DNA of 32,000 nucleotides from Heyndrickxia oleronia. GTDB taxonomy: Bacteria; Bacillota; Bacilli; Bacillales; Bacillaceae_C. The translations under genes were made by a program, and so were the position numbers. How positions within the stretch are numbered: position 1 is the stretch's first letter; every line of letters begins with the position of its first letter. The stretch lies in contig NZ_CP065424.1 in the NCBI RefSeq assembly GCF_017809215.1, forward strand, positions 1,244,911 through 1,276,910, read 5' to 3'. Shown piece by piece: positions 7,710 through 17,174 of this stretch. The notes beneath the pieces were generated by a model that was not told the DNA's origin, ran no database searches, and worked only from the letters and a program-made list of their open reading frames with translations.

Positions 7710-8239
7710 TCTATTGGAAAATTTTTGTCGCAAATTTTATGGCTAACTTTTTAGGGTATGGTGGTGGACCTGCGTCGATTCCGCTTCTTGAGCATGAAGT
7801 TGTCGATCGCTATGGCTGGTTCACTGTTCATGAATTTAGTGAAATGGTTGCACTAGGTAATGCATTGCCGGGCCCTATTGCGACGAAGTTAGCTGGATTT
7901 ATCGGCTATCAGCAAGGAGGAATTTTCGGAGCTTTCGTCGGATTATTCGCATCGGTTGCCCCATCCATTCTATTATTAATTATCCTTTTAGGCTTGTTAC
8001 TGAGATTTAAGGAATCTCCTAAAGTAAAAAACATGACAAAGCTTGTGCGGCCTGCTATTGCTGTGTTATTAGGCGTCATGACCATCGACTTTTTTTCCAG
8101 TTCCTATGAAGGCATCGGGATTTATCATACGGTCTTCCTTGGAGGGGTCAGTCTGCTATTACTAGAAAAGTGGAAGATTAGTCCTGCCTATGTTATCTGT
8201 GGTGCCCTCGTGTATGGGGCAATCTTCCTAGGTTCCTGA
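7706..8239 (+). CDS. short-chain chromate transporter (CHR family) subunit, second of a pair
   Basis: 177 aa paralogous half with FLGYGGGPASIPLLEHEVV and LPGPIATKL. It is translationally coupled to the preceding gene. Confidence 0.85.
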   Translation: MIYWKIFVANFMANFLGYGGGPASIPLLEHEVVDRYGWFTVHEFSEMVALGNALPGPIATKLAGFIGYQQGGIFGAFVGLFASVAPSILLLIILLGLLLRFKESPKVKNMTKLVRPAIAVLLGVMTIDFFSSSYEGIGIYHTVFLGGVSLLLLEKWKISPAYVICGALVYGAIFLGS

Positions 8240-8371
8240 CACCATTTAATCATTTTCTTTGAATAAAGTTGTAAGAAGATGAGTAAATGGTGCCTATTAC
8301 CATAAAAGTCTTTAAATATTTTTCTATGGTTGGTATGATTAGAGGTGACTACAACTATGGGGTGAAGTGTA

Positions 8372-8794
8372 ATGAAATTTTTGAAGATTTTAGTAGGATG
8401 TTTACTTATTTTGTCATTAGCTGCTTGTGGAACAACAACTAGTAGTGATTCAAGTAAGGAAAAAGAAACTACAAAAGAAGAAACTTCAGCAAAACAAGAT
8501 CAAGTGACGAATAAAGAAGATTCAACAAATGAAAATCAAACAACAACCGAAGAAAATTCATCAAAAACAGAAGGCACTTCTGATGAAAACATTGTGAAGG
8601 CTGAAGGTACATACAATGGACAAGCTGATGGTCACTCCATTGAAGTGGAAACTGCAGATGCAGTATTAGTTCTTGATACTTTAGAATCAAATGTAAATCT
8701 TGATCAGTTCAAAAGTGGTGACAAAATTACTTTTGAATACATTGCAAATGAAGATGGACAAAATATTTTAAAAAGCATCGAATTACAAAAATAA
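8372..8794 (+). CDS. hypothetical lipoprotein
   Basis: A signal peptide with lipobox LSLAAC-G, then a low-complexity S/T/E/K linker and a ~65-aa C-terminal domain. Confidence 0.7.
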   Translation: MKFLKILVGCLLILSLAACGTTTSSDSSKEKETTKEETSAKQDQVTNKEDSTNENQTTTEENSSKTEGTSDENIVKAEGTYNGQADGHSIEVETADAVLVLDTLESNVNLDQFKSGDKITFEYIANEDGQNILKSIELQK

Positions 8795-8810
8795 GTGAAT
8801 GTAAGTGGAT

Positions 8811-8850
8811 GGGGATGTCTGATCGTTAGGTTCAGCATCCCCTTTCTATT
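8811..8850 (+). terminator. rho-independent terminator
   Basis: GGGGATG(T)CTGA (8811-8822) pairs with TCAGCATCCCC (8832-8842), followed by TTTCTATTT. Confidence 0.65.
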
Positions 8851-9075
8851 TATAGCGATAATATAGTCCTCAGATAAGTATTAGCAGCCACTGCTAGCAT
8901 ATTTCTATTTCTTCTCCCTTATCGCCGAGCCGTTTCTACACGCTTCTCTCGATTCTATCTCAGATTGACATCTATGAAGATGAAATGGTCCCTTCAAATT
9001 AGTGAATACTATCCATTTTTCCAAAGTTTTGAGTACTGATAGCTAAGAACATCATTGTTCATTTTCGCTGATAAG

Positions 9076-9105
9076 TTGTCACTTTATAGGAGACAATGGT
9101 AAAAT
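9076..9105 (+). promoter_or_regulatory. putative sigma-A promoter for secA
   Basis: TTGTCA (9076-9081), an 18-nt spacer, then TGgTAAAAT (extended -10, 9097-9105). It lies about 135 nt upstream of the secA ATG. Confidence 0.35.
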
Positions 9106-9240
9106 TCAATTAGTATAAAAATTTGGATGTATTGTAAGAGGATTTATTCAAAAAGGAAACTGTAGATATGTTAGTAAAAATCTACATATATTTAACATTA
9201 CAAATCCCTTACATTTTAGATATAAAGGAGCGTTTACTAA

Positions 9241-11754
9241 ATGGTTGCTTTTTTAGAAAAAGTTTTTGATGCAAATAAACGTGAAATCAAACGTCTTGAT
9301 AAGATGGCACAACAAATTGAAGAGTTAGCCTCCGATATGGAAAAGCTGTCAGATGACCAACTAAGAGAAAAAACAGAAGAATTTAAACAACGCTATCAAA
9401 ACGGAGAAACATTAGATGATTTATTAACTGAAGCCTTTGCTGTAGTTCGTGAAGGTGCACGTCGTGTGCTTGGACTTTATCCATACCATGTGCAATTAAT
9501 GGGAGGGATTTCCTTACATGAAGGAAATATCTCTGAGATGAAGACAGGGGAAGGTAAAACCTTAACTGCAACAATGCCTGTTTATTTAAATGCTCTATCT
9601 GGAAAAGGAGTCCACGTTGTAACCGTGAACGAATATTTAGCGAGCCGTGATGCTACTGAGATGGGTGAATTATATGAATTCCTAGGATTAACGGTTGGCT
9701 TAAACCTGAACAGTATGTCAAGTGAAGAAAAGCAAGAAGCCTATGCAGCAGATATTACGTATGGTACTAATAATGAATTAGGCTTTGATTATCTGCGTGA
9801 TAATATGGTTCTTTATAAAGAGCAGCGTGTACAGCGTCCATTGCATTTCGCAGTAATTGATGAGGTCGACTCGATCTTAATCGATGAAGCGAGAACACCG
9901 CTGATTATTTCTGGGCAGGCACAAAAGTCTACTTCACTGTATATTCAAGCAAATGCTTTCGTCCGTACATTAAAAAAAGAAGAAGACTACACCTATGATG
10001 AAAAAACAAAAAGTGTTCAATTAACTGAAGAAGGTATGAATAAAGCTGAACGTGCTTTTGGAATTGAAAATCTTTTTGATATTTCACATGTAACCCTTAA
10101 CCATCATATTAATCAGGCATTAAAGGCAAATGTGAGTATGCATTTAGATGTCGATTATGTTGTTCAAGATGGTGAGATTGTGATTGTCGATCAATTCACT
10201 GGTCGTATGATGAAAGGTCGACGCTTTAGTGATGGCTTGCATCAAGCAATCGAAGCGAAAGAAGCTGTTGAAATTCAAAATGAAAGTATGACAATGGCTA
10301 CGATTACCTTCCAAAACTACTTCCGTATGTATGAAAAACTTGCAGGTATGACAGGTACAGCTAAAACAGAAGAAGAGGAATTCCGCAACATTTATAATAT
10401 GAGAGTTATCGTCATTCCAACGAATAAGCCGATTGCTCGTGATGACAGACCCGATTTAATTTATGCAAGCATGGAAGGGAAATTCCGGGCAGTTGTCGAG
10501 GATATTCATGAACGACATAAAAAGGGCCAACCGATTCTTGTCGGTACGGTTGCTATTGAAACATCGGAATTGATTTCGAAGCTATTAACGAAAAAAGGGA
10601 TCCGTCATAATGTATTAAATGCGAAGAACCATGAGCGTGAAGCAGAAATCATTGCAGAGGCAGGGCAAAAAGGCGCTGTAACGATTGCTACCAATATGGC
10701 TGGTCGTGGAACCGATATTAAGCTTGGTGAAGGCATAAAAGAGCTTGGTGGTCTTGCTGTAATTGGTACAGAGCGCCATGAATCCCGCCGGATTGATAAT
10801 CAGTTGCGTGGACGTTCAGGTCGTCAAGGAGATCCAGGGGTTACCCAATTCTATCTTTCCATGGAAGATGAATTAATGCGACGCTTCGGATCTGATAATA
10901 TGAAAAACATGATGCAGCGTTTAGGTATGGATGATTCACAACCGATTCAAAGTAAGATGGTTTCTAGAGCGGTTGAATCTGCCCAAAAACGTGTAGAAGG
11001 TAATAACTTTGACTCACGGAAACAGTTACTACAATATGATGATGTATTAAGACAGCAACGTGAGATTATTTATAATCAGCGGAATGAAGTCTTAAATTCT
11101 GAGGATTTACGTGAAATCGTTGAAAAAATGATCTTGTCGGTTATCGAACGTAATGTCCAATTGTATACACCAAGCAATGAAGATGAAGATAATTGGAATC
11201 TTCAAGGAATAATTGATTTCGTCAATGCGAATCTTTTACAAGAAGGTGATATAACCATTGAACAATTACGTCGTAAAGATCCTGAGGAAATGGTCGATCT
11301 CATTATGGAAAAGGTGAAAGCTCGTTATGATGAGAAGGAAGAGTCATTAACGCCTGAACAAATGCGTGAGTTTGAAAAGGTTATTCTGTTACGTGCAGTG
11401 GATTCAAAATGGATTGATCATATTGATGCAATGGATCATTTAAGACAAGGGATTCATTTACGTGCATATGGACAGGTTGACCCATTACGCGAATATCAAA
11501 GTGAAGGCTTTGCGATGTTTGAAAACATGGTTGCTGCGATTGAAGATGATACGGCTCGCTATGTAATGAAAGCGGAAATTCGCAATAACCTTCAACGTGA
11601 GGAAGTCGCTAAGGGGCAAGCTGTTAACCCGAAAGAAGACGGGGAAACGGTAAAGAAAAAGCCAATTAAGAAAACTGTTAATGTCGGGCGTAACGATCCT
11701 TGTCCATGTGGCAGCGGTAAGAAATATAAACAATGCCATGGGAAAAACGCGTAA
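9241..11754 (+). CDS. secA: preprotein translocase ATPase SecA
   Basis: 837 aa. Walker [19 protein letters not shown]-like [20 protein letters not shown], and the C-terminal zinc finger [14 protein letters not shown] are present. Confidence 0.97.
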   Translation: MVAFLEKVFDANKREIKRLDKMAQQIEELASDMEKLSDDQLREKTEEFKQRYQNGETLDDLLTEAFAVVREGARRVLGLYPYHVQLMGGISLHEGNISEMKTGEGKTLTATMPVYLNALSGKGVHVVTVNEYLASRDATEMGELYEFLGLTVGLNLNSMSSEEKQEAYAADITYGTNNELGFDYLRDNMVLYKEQRVQRPLHFAVIDEVDSILIDEARTPLIISGQAQKSTSLYIQANAFVRTLKKEEDYTYDEKTKSVQLTEEGMNKAERAFGIENLFDISHVTLNHHINQALKANVSMHLDVDYVVQDGEIVIVDQFTGRMMKGRRFSDGLHQAIEAKEAVEIQNESMTMATITFQNYFRMYEKLAGMTGTAKTEEEEFRNIYNMRVIVIPTNKPIARDDRPDLIYASMEGKFRAVVEDIHERHKKGQPILVGTVAIETSELISKLLTKKGIRHNVLNAKNHEREAEIIAEAGQKGAVTIATNMAGRGTDIKLGEGIKELGGLAVIGTERHESRRIDNQLRGRSGRQGDPGVTQFYLSMEDELMRRFGSDNMKNMMQRLGMDDSQPIQSKMVSRAVESAQKRVEGNNFDSRKQLLQYDDVLRQQREIIYNQRNEVLNSEDLREIVEKMILSVIERNVQLYTPSNEDEDNWNLQGIIDFVNANLLQEGDITIEQLRRKDPEEMVDLIMEKVKARYDEKEESLTPEQMREFEKVILLRAVDSKWIDHIDAMDHLRQGIHLRAYGQVDPLREYQSEGFAMFENMVAAIEDDTARYVMKAEIRNNLQREEVAKGQAVNPKEDGETVKKKPIKKTVNVGRNDPCPCGSGKKYKQCHGKNA

Positions 11755-11780
11755 CTATAATTAATGAACTATATATCAAC

Positions 11781-11805
11781 AGGACAGGTGAAGCATACCT
11801 GTCCT
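11781..11805 (+). other. stem-loop between secA and prfB
   Basis: AGGACAGGT pairs with ACCTGTCCT across a 7-nt loop. There is no clear T tract, so it may be an attenuating or processing hairpin rather than a full terminator. Confidence 0.4.
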
Positions 11806-11833
11806 ATGTAATTTACTTCTGAGGTGATAAAAA

Positions 11834-12935
11834 ATGGAATTATTTGAAATAAGATCTGAACTTGAAAATACAGCTAAAAAACTAGCGGACTTTAGGGGGT
11901 CTCTTTGACTTAGAAAACAAAGAGGCACGGATTGCAGAGCTCGATGAAAGAATGCTTGAACCAGATTTTTGGAATGATCAGCAAGGAGCACAATCAATAA
12001 TTAATGAGGCAAATGGTCTCAAAGATATGGTTAATGAATATAAGGATCTACTTGATATACAAGAAAATCTCGAATTAACACATGACCTTGTGAAAGAAGA
12101 AAATGATCCTGAGCTGTTTAAAGAATTGGAAACAGAATTAACGAATTTAGTTGACCGTTTGAATCAATTTGAGCTTCAGCTATTACTAAGTGAACCATAT
12201 GATAAAAATAATGCGATATTAGAGCTTCATCCAGGTGCCGGAGGGACAGAATCACAGGATTGGGGTTCTATGCTTCTTCGTATGTATACCCGCTGGGGAG
12301 AGAAAAAAGGCTTTAAAGTGGAAACATTGGATTACTTACCTGGTGATGAAGCAGGTATTAAAAGTGTCACATTATTAATAAAAGGACATAATGCTTATGG
12401 TTATTTGAAAGCGGAAAAAGGAGTCCATCGCCTTGTAAGGATTTCTCCTTTCGATTCGTCTGGACGTCGCCATACATCATTTGTGTCCTGTGAAGTAATG
12501 CCCGAATTTGACGATGAAATCGAAATCGAAATTCGTACGGAAGATATTAAAATTGATACGTATCGTGCGAGCGGTGCTGGAGGACAGCACATTAACACTA
12601 CTGATTCGGCTGTACGTATAACACATATTCCTACAGGAGTAGTTGTTACATGTCAATCTGAACGTTCACAAATTAAAAACCGTGAGCAAGCAATGAAAAT
12701 GCTAAAAGCAAAATTATATCAACGCGAGATTGAAGAAAAAGAAAAAGCACTTGCAGAAATTCGTGGTGAGCAAAAAGAAATTGGTTGGGGAAGTCAAATT
12801 AGATCCTATGTTTTCCATCCATATTCAATGGTGAAGGATCATCGTACGAACACAGAGGTTGGTAATGTTCAGGCAGTTATGGACGGAGATCTTGATAATT
12901 TCATCAATGCTTATTTACGTTCACGTATATCTTAA
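11834..12935 (+). CDS. prfB: peptide chain release factor 2, needs a programmed +1 frameshift: join(11834..11905,11907..12935)
   Basis: Frame 0 runs from ATG 11834 (GAGGTG RBS) for 24 codons ([24 protein letters not shown]) to the in-frame TGA at 11906-11908. The +1 frame continues [22 protein letters not shown]... and contains SPF and GGQ ([17 protein letters not shown]). The joined product is 366 aa. Confidence 0.95.
11894..11909 (+). promoter_or_regulatory. prfB +1 frameshift site
   Basis: AGGGGG TCT CTT TGA C: an internal SD-like AGGGGG lies 3 nt before the slippery CTT-TGA-C, the canonical RF2 autoregulatory motif. Confidence 0.9.
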
Positions 12936-12942
12936 TCCATAA

Positions 12943-12980
12943 AAATCCTTTGCCTTTTAGGTGAAGGATTTGTTTATTTA
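12943..12980 (+). terminator. terminator after prfB
   Basis: A 12-bp stem (2 G-U pairs): AAATCCTTTGCC pairs with GGTGAAGGATTT across a 5-nt loop, followed by GTTTATTTA. Confidence 0.6.
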
Positions 12981-13339
12981 TGTGAACAAAATCTTTCATT
13001 TTTACTTTATTTCTAAATAATCTTGAATAAAAACAACCCCCGTATGATAAAACTATCATCATAAAGGTTTTAGTGGACTCTTTTTGTGCAGGGTTAGCGC
13101 GATAGTATTATCAAAGCTTAGTCAATCTGTAAAAAATTAAAATAGAGGGATATCTGACATTGTTGTGATTCTCAAAGAGAGTTCATAAAGTTGATACAAT
13201 TAGCGAAAACCTTGATATCACTGTATTTGTCACGGTTTGGCATCATATTAGCTAAAGGGGAAAGGTTTCAAAAGCTAATAGGAAGGTATATAGTTAAAGT
13301 ATAGGATTTATTTTCCAAAAATCAAGGAGGTTGAATGAA

Positions 13340-13717
13340 GTGGTCAAAAAACTACTAGGAATTGTTATGATTTTTACACTAGCATTCGGGTTGGCTGCTT
13401 GTGGTACTGACAAAGATAATAACAAAGACACAACAAAGAATAATGACACAACAACAAATGAAAAGACAACAACCGATACAGCGAATGCTGGAGATGCTGA
13501 AAAACTCTTTAGCCAAAACTGTGCAAGCTGTCATGGTGGAAACCTTGAAGGTGGAGTTGGTCCTAATTTAACAAAGGTTGGATCAAAATATAATAAAGAT
13601 GAAATTCTTGATATCATTAAGAATGGTAAAACAGGTGATCAAGGTACAATGCCTGGAGGACTTCTTTCTGGTGATGATGCTGACGCAGTTGCCGGATGGT
13701 TAGCATCTAAAAAATAA
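13340..13717 (+). CDS. cccB: membrane-anchored (lipoprotein) cytochrome c551
   Basis: Lipobox FGLAAC-G and heme motif CASCHG are present, with a distal Met in GTMPGG. The track start TTG 13331 abuts GGAGG (13326-13330). In-frame GTG 13340, with a 9-nt spacing, is the more plausible start. Confidence 0.85.
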   Translation: MVKKLLGIVMIFTLAFGLAACGTDKDNNKDTTKNNDTTTNEKTTTDTANAGDAEKLFSQNCASCHGGNLEGGVGPNLTKVGSKYNKDEILDIIKNGKTGDQGTMPGGLLSGDDADAVAGWLASKK

Positions 13718-13726
13718 AACACTCTT

Positions 13727-13763
13727 AAAAACCTGATGTCGAAACTCGTCATCAGGTTTTTTT
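13727..13763 (+). terminator. rho-independent terminator
   Basis: AAAAACCTGATG pairs with CATCAGGTTTTT, then a T run. Confidence 0.85.
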
Positions 13764-13904
13764 CATGCTTAGACTAAAATATCGGAAATTATAGAACTTT
13801 TTTACTAATTTTTCTTTGAGAAAAATAGCGAACTTTTGAAAGAATTAGGTATAATTTTTATAGAAAAATCAAGCTCTGAAATATAAATGTAATATAATTT
13901 ACCA

Positions 13905-13932
13905 TTAACATTGGGGTTTATGATGTTATAAT
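13905..13932 (+). promoter_or_regulatory. putative sigma-A promoter for ftsEX
   Basis: TTAACA (13905-13910), a 16-nt spacer, then TGtTATAAT (extended -10, TATAAT at 13927-13932). Confidence 0.4.
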
Positions 13933-14063
13933 AGGTTTGTGATTAAATTCGATAGGATCCGTCAGTATTCGATTGAACTGCGAAAGATGACGTTTTTACT
14001 AAATATTATGGCAAAATAAAAGTGGATATCTACTGTAAACATCCGCAAAGTATAGGTGATTAA

Positions 14064-14750
14064 ATGATTGAAATGCAAAATGTATATAAAAAATATCCAA
14101 ATGGGATTATTGCCGCTAATAATTTGAATATCCAAATTAAACAGGGAGAATTCGTCTATGTCGTTGGACCTAGTGGAGCAGGCAAGTCTACCTTTATAAA
14201 AATGATGTATCGTGAGGAAAAAGCGACAGAAGGAAGCATCGTTGTAAGCGGAGTTAATTTAAGTAAATTAAAAAATAGTCGTATACCTTATTTCCGTCGA
14301 CAAATAGGTGTTGTATTCCAAGACTTTAAGCTTTTACCTACACTGACTGTTTTCGAAAATGTAGCGTTTGCACTTGAGGTAATTGAAGAGCAGCAAAGTA
14401 AAATAAAAAAACGAGTAATGGATGTTTTAAACTTAGTTGGCTTGAAACATAAAGCAAGAATGCTGCCAACAGAATTATCTGGAGGAGAGCAGCAGAGGGT
14501 GTCGATTGCACGTTCAATTATCAATACTCCTCAAGTGGTTATTGCAGATGAACCTACCGGAAACCTCGATCCTGAAACATCATGGGAAATCATGAACATA
14601 CTACAAGAAATTAACTCGCGTGGGACAACTGTCGTAATGGCGACACATAATCGGGAAATCGTGAATACGATCAGACACCGAGTGATTGCCATTGAGGGCG
14701 GTCGCATTGTCCGCGATGAACAACGGGGGGATTACGGTTATGAAAGCTAG
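14064..14750 (+). CDS. ftsE: cell-division ABC ATPase FtsE
   Basis: 228 aa. Walker A GPSGAGKST, signature LSGGEQQRV and Walker B VVIADEPTGNLD are present. Confidence 0.95.
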   Translation: MIEMQNVYKKYPNGIIAANNLNIQIKQGEFVYVVGPSGAGKSTFIKMMYREEKATEGSIVVSGVNLSKLKNSRIPYFRRQIGVVFQDFKLLPTLTVFENVAFALEVIEEQQSKIKKRVMDVLNLVGLKHKARMLPTELSGGEQQRVSIARSIINTPQVVIADEPTGNLDPETSWEIMNILQEINSRGTTVVMATHNREIVNTIRHRVIAIEGGRIVRDEQRGDYGYES

Positions 14751-15624
14751 AACGGCCGGGCGGCATCTTCGTGAGAGTTTTAAGAGCTTAGGACGTAATG
14801 GGTGGATGATGTTTGCATCAGCCAGTGCGGTGACTATAACACTTTTACTAGTAGGCGTATTCTTCGTCATTATGATGAATATGAATAAAATTGCTTCTGA
14901 TATTGAAAATGATGTAGAAGTTCGAGTTCATATCGACTTAACGGCAAAAGCACAGGATCAAGAAGCCCTTAAACAAAAAATTGAAAATTTAAGCCAAGTA
15001 GAGTCTGTTAAATTTTCATCCAAAGAAGAGGAACTTCAAAGCTTAATTAAGACGATGGGGAAAGATATGGAGCTTTTTGAGCAAAAGAATCCTCTGTATG
15101 ACGTATTTATCGTAAAAACGAAGAAACCTACAGATACGCCATCCGTGGCGAATCAAATAGAGAAATTTGATCATGTGGAATCAGCCAAATATGGCGAAGG
15201 GAAAGTTGAAAAACTATTTAATGTCTTAAAAATTAGTAGAAATGTTGGACTAGTTCTTGTAATTGGTTTACTATTTACAGCTATGTTCCTTATTTCAAAT
15301 ACGATTAAAATTACCATTTTTGCTAGACGAAAAGAAATTGAGATTATGAAATTAGTAGGGGCAACCAATTGGTTTATACGCTGGCCATTTTTAATGGAAG
15401 GTCTGTGGTTAGGTGTTATTGGTTCTATTCTGCCAATTCTCATTATTACTGTTGGCTATTACTACTTGCATAGTTTCTTAGCACCAAGGTTACAAAGTCA
15501 ATTAATACAAATCCTGGATTTCAGTCCATTCGTATTTGAAGTTACTGGTTTACTCTTATTGATGGGGATTTTAATTGGTATTTGGGGAAGTACGATGTCC
15601 ATTCGTCGTTTCTTAAAAATATAA
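14740..15624 (+). CDS. ftsX: cell-division ABC permease-like protein FtsX
   Basis: The true start is most likely ATG 14740 (MKARTAGRHLRESFKSLGRNGWM...), which overlaps the ftsE end by 11 nt. The track's 14686 start runs inside ftsE. The protein has 4 TM segments and a large extracellular loop. Confidence 0.93.
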   Translation: MKARTAGRHLRESFKSLGRNGWMMFASASAVTITLLLVGVFFVIMMNMNKIASDIENDVEVRVHIDLTAKAQDQEALKQKIENLSQVESVKFSSKEEELQSLIKTMGKDMELFEQKNPLYDVFIVKTKKPTDTPSVANQIEKFDHVESAKYGEGKVEKLFNVLKISRNVGLVLVIGLLFTAMFLISNTIKITIFARRKEIEIMKLVGATNWFIRWPFLMEGLWLGVIGSILPILIITVGYYYLHSFLAPRLQSQLIQILDFSPFVFEVTGLLLLMGILIGIWGSTMSIRRFLKI

Positions 15625-15640
15625 AATAGACCATTTTTAT

Positions 15641-15673
15641 AGACTGTCTGTTAAGCATTACTTCAGACAGTCT
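15641..15673 (+). other. stem-loop after ftsX (no T tract)
   Basis: AGACTGTCTG pairs with CAGACAGTCT across a 13-nt loop. This is probably partial termination or processing ahead of the M23 gene. Confidence 0.45.
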
Positions 15674-15712
15674 AGATATACATATATAGAAATTTTTTAA
15701 GGGGGATTAAGG

Positions 15713-17014
15713 TTGAAGAGACGTTCACTACTTTCAATTACTTTAGCATCTGTTCTTGGAATTGGCAGTGTACTCGCTTACCAATCGGATGCATTTGCTT
15801 CGAAACTATCAGACTTACAGAATCAAAAAAAGAATGTTGAATCGAAAAGCTCAACGATTAAATCTGATATTAATGAAAAAGATGAAGGCATTAAGGAAAT
15901 ACAAGGTAAGCAAAATACACTAGAAAATGAATTAGCCTCATTAGATATTAAAATTGCGACTACAGATGAGCAAATTCAAGAAAAACAACAACAAATTAAA
16001 GAAGCTCAACAAGCTATTGACAAATTAAAAACAGAAATCAGTGTCTTGAAAAAACGAATCGAAGAAAGAAATCAATTATTAGATCAACGTGCTCGTGCCA
16101 TTCAGACAAATGGTGGAAGTTCCGTTAACTTTTTAGATGTGATTTTAGGATCAGACAGTTTTGCCGATTTATTAGATCGAATGTCTGCTGTTACGACATT
16201 AGTAAATGCGGATAAACAAATTATTGAAGAACAGAAAAAAGATCAGGCTGAATTAGAGAAGAAACAAGCAGATGTTGAGAAGAAGCTAAAAACCCTTGAA
16301 GAAATGCAAGCTAAATTACAATCAATGAAGATTGAAATGAATCAACAAAAAGCTCGTAAGAATCAAATTATGAAAGAGCTTGGCAAGCAAAAGAAGCAGC
16401 TTGAAAATGATAAACTCTCTTTAGAAGAAGAGCAATCGATTTTATCAGCGCAAAAATCTGCAATTGAAAAGGCGATAAAATTAGAAAAAGATCGAATCGC
16501 AGAACAAGAGAGACTTGAAAAACAAAGACAAAGACAAAGACAGCAGCAGCAGAGTCAGCACTCTTATTCTGGTGGAGGTAGTTCCTCAGATACACCACCG
16601 GTTTCATCTGGTTCATTTATGAGACCTGCACAAGGATATATTTCTTCGGAATTTGGTAATCGTTCCTTTGATGCAGATGGATTCCATTCTGGGATTGATA
16701 TTGCTAAGGGAGGCACTGTTCCAATTGTCGCAGCAGGTGATGGAGTAGTTACAAGATCATACTTTTCTTCAAGCTACGGGAATGCTATCTTTATTACGCA
16801 CTCAGTTAATGGACAAATTTACACAACGGTTTATGCACATATGAGTTCGCGTCTTGTTGGGGATTCAACTCCTGTTCATAAAGGACAAATCATCGGATAC
16901 ATGGGAAGTACTGGACAAGCCTATGGCCAACATTTACATTTTGAATTCTATGTCGGTCCATGGACAGCATCCCACTCAAATGCAGTTAACCCTAGAAACT
17001 ATATCAGCTTCTAA
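15713..17014 (+). CDS. secreted coiled-coil M23 (LytM-domain) peptidoglycan hydrolase, FtsEX-adjacent
   Basis: TTG start with RBS AAGGGGGA. A signal peptide (...AYQSDAFA/S) is followed by ~240 aa of heptad-rich coiled coil, a QRQRQRQQQQSQ/Ser-Gly linker, and a C-terminal M23 domain with HSGIDIA (HxxxD) and GQHLHFEF (HxH). Confidence 0.85.
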   Translation: MKRRSLLSITLASVLGIGSVLAYQSDAFASKLSDLQNQKKNVESKSSTIKSDINEKDEGIKEIQGKQNTLENELASLDIKIATTDEQIQEKQQQIKEAQQAIDKLKTEISVLKKRIEERNQLLDQRARAIQTNGGSSVNFLDVILGSDSFADLLDRMSAVTTLVNADKQIIEEQKKDQAELEKKQADVEKKLKTLEEMQAKLQSMKIEMNQQKARKNQIMKELGKQKKQLENDKLSLEEEQSILSAQKSAIEKAIKLEKDRIAEQERLEKQRQRQRQQQQSQHSYSGGGSSSDTPPVSSGSFMRPAQGYISSEFGNRSFDADGFHSGIDIAKGGTVPIVAAGDGVVTRSYFSSSYGNAIFITHSVNGQIYTTVYAHMSSRLVGDSTPVHKGQIIGYMGSTGQAYGQHLHFEFYVGPWTASHSNAVNPRNYISF

Positions 17015-17020
17015 AGATTA

Positions 17021-17051
17021 AAAGTCACATCAATAATGATGTGGCTTTTTT
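17021..17051 (+). terminator. rho-independent terminator
   Basis: AAAGTCACATCA pairs with TGATGTGGCTTT across a 4-nt loop, then a T run. Confidence 0.8.
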
Positions 17052-17174
17052 ATGTATAATACATGTATAAAAACTTATTAAATGTGTAAATGGTGCCTGA
17101 GATAACTTTATATGGTATGATACTGGTGAGTTTATTTATTCGAGAAATATGGGATCTTGTTAAAGGAGTTCAGG

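Noticed and set aside
13955-13970. AGGATCCGTCAG(T/C)AT is shared between the ftsE upstream region (about 13955-13970) and the ctpB upstream region (about 23021-23036).
   Set aside because: A single 12-14 nt match is within chance expectation for all-versus-all comparison of a 32-kb window. There is no dyad symmetry and no further copies.
14686-14739. Extended ftsX start proposed by the ORF track.
   Set aside because: The extension lies inside ftsE. The conserved FtsX N-terminus (MKARTAGRHLRE...) begins at ATG 14740, with a G-rich RBS just upstream.
15641-15673. The hairpins after flaG (229-267) and after ftsX share CTGTCTG...GCATT...TCAGACAG.
   Set aside because: Only about 13 independent matching positions remain once stem complementarity is discounted. 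The flanks are unrelated, so this is probably coincidental similarity of two terminator-like hairpins.
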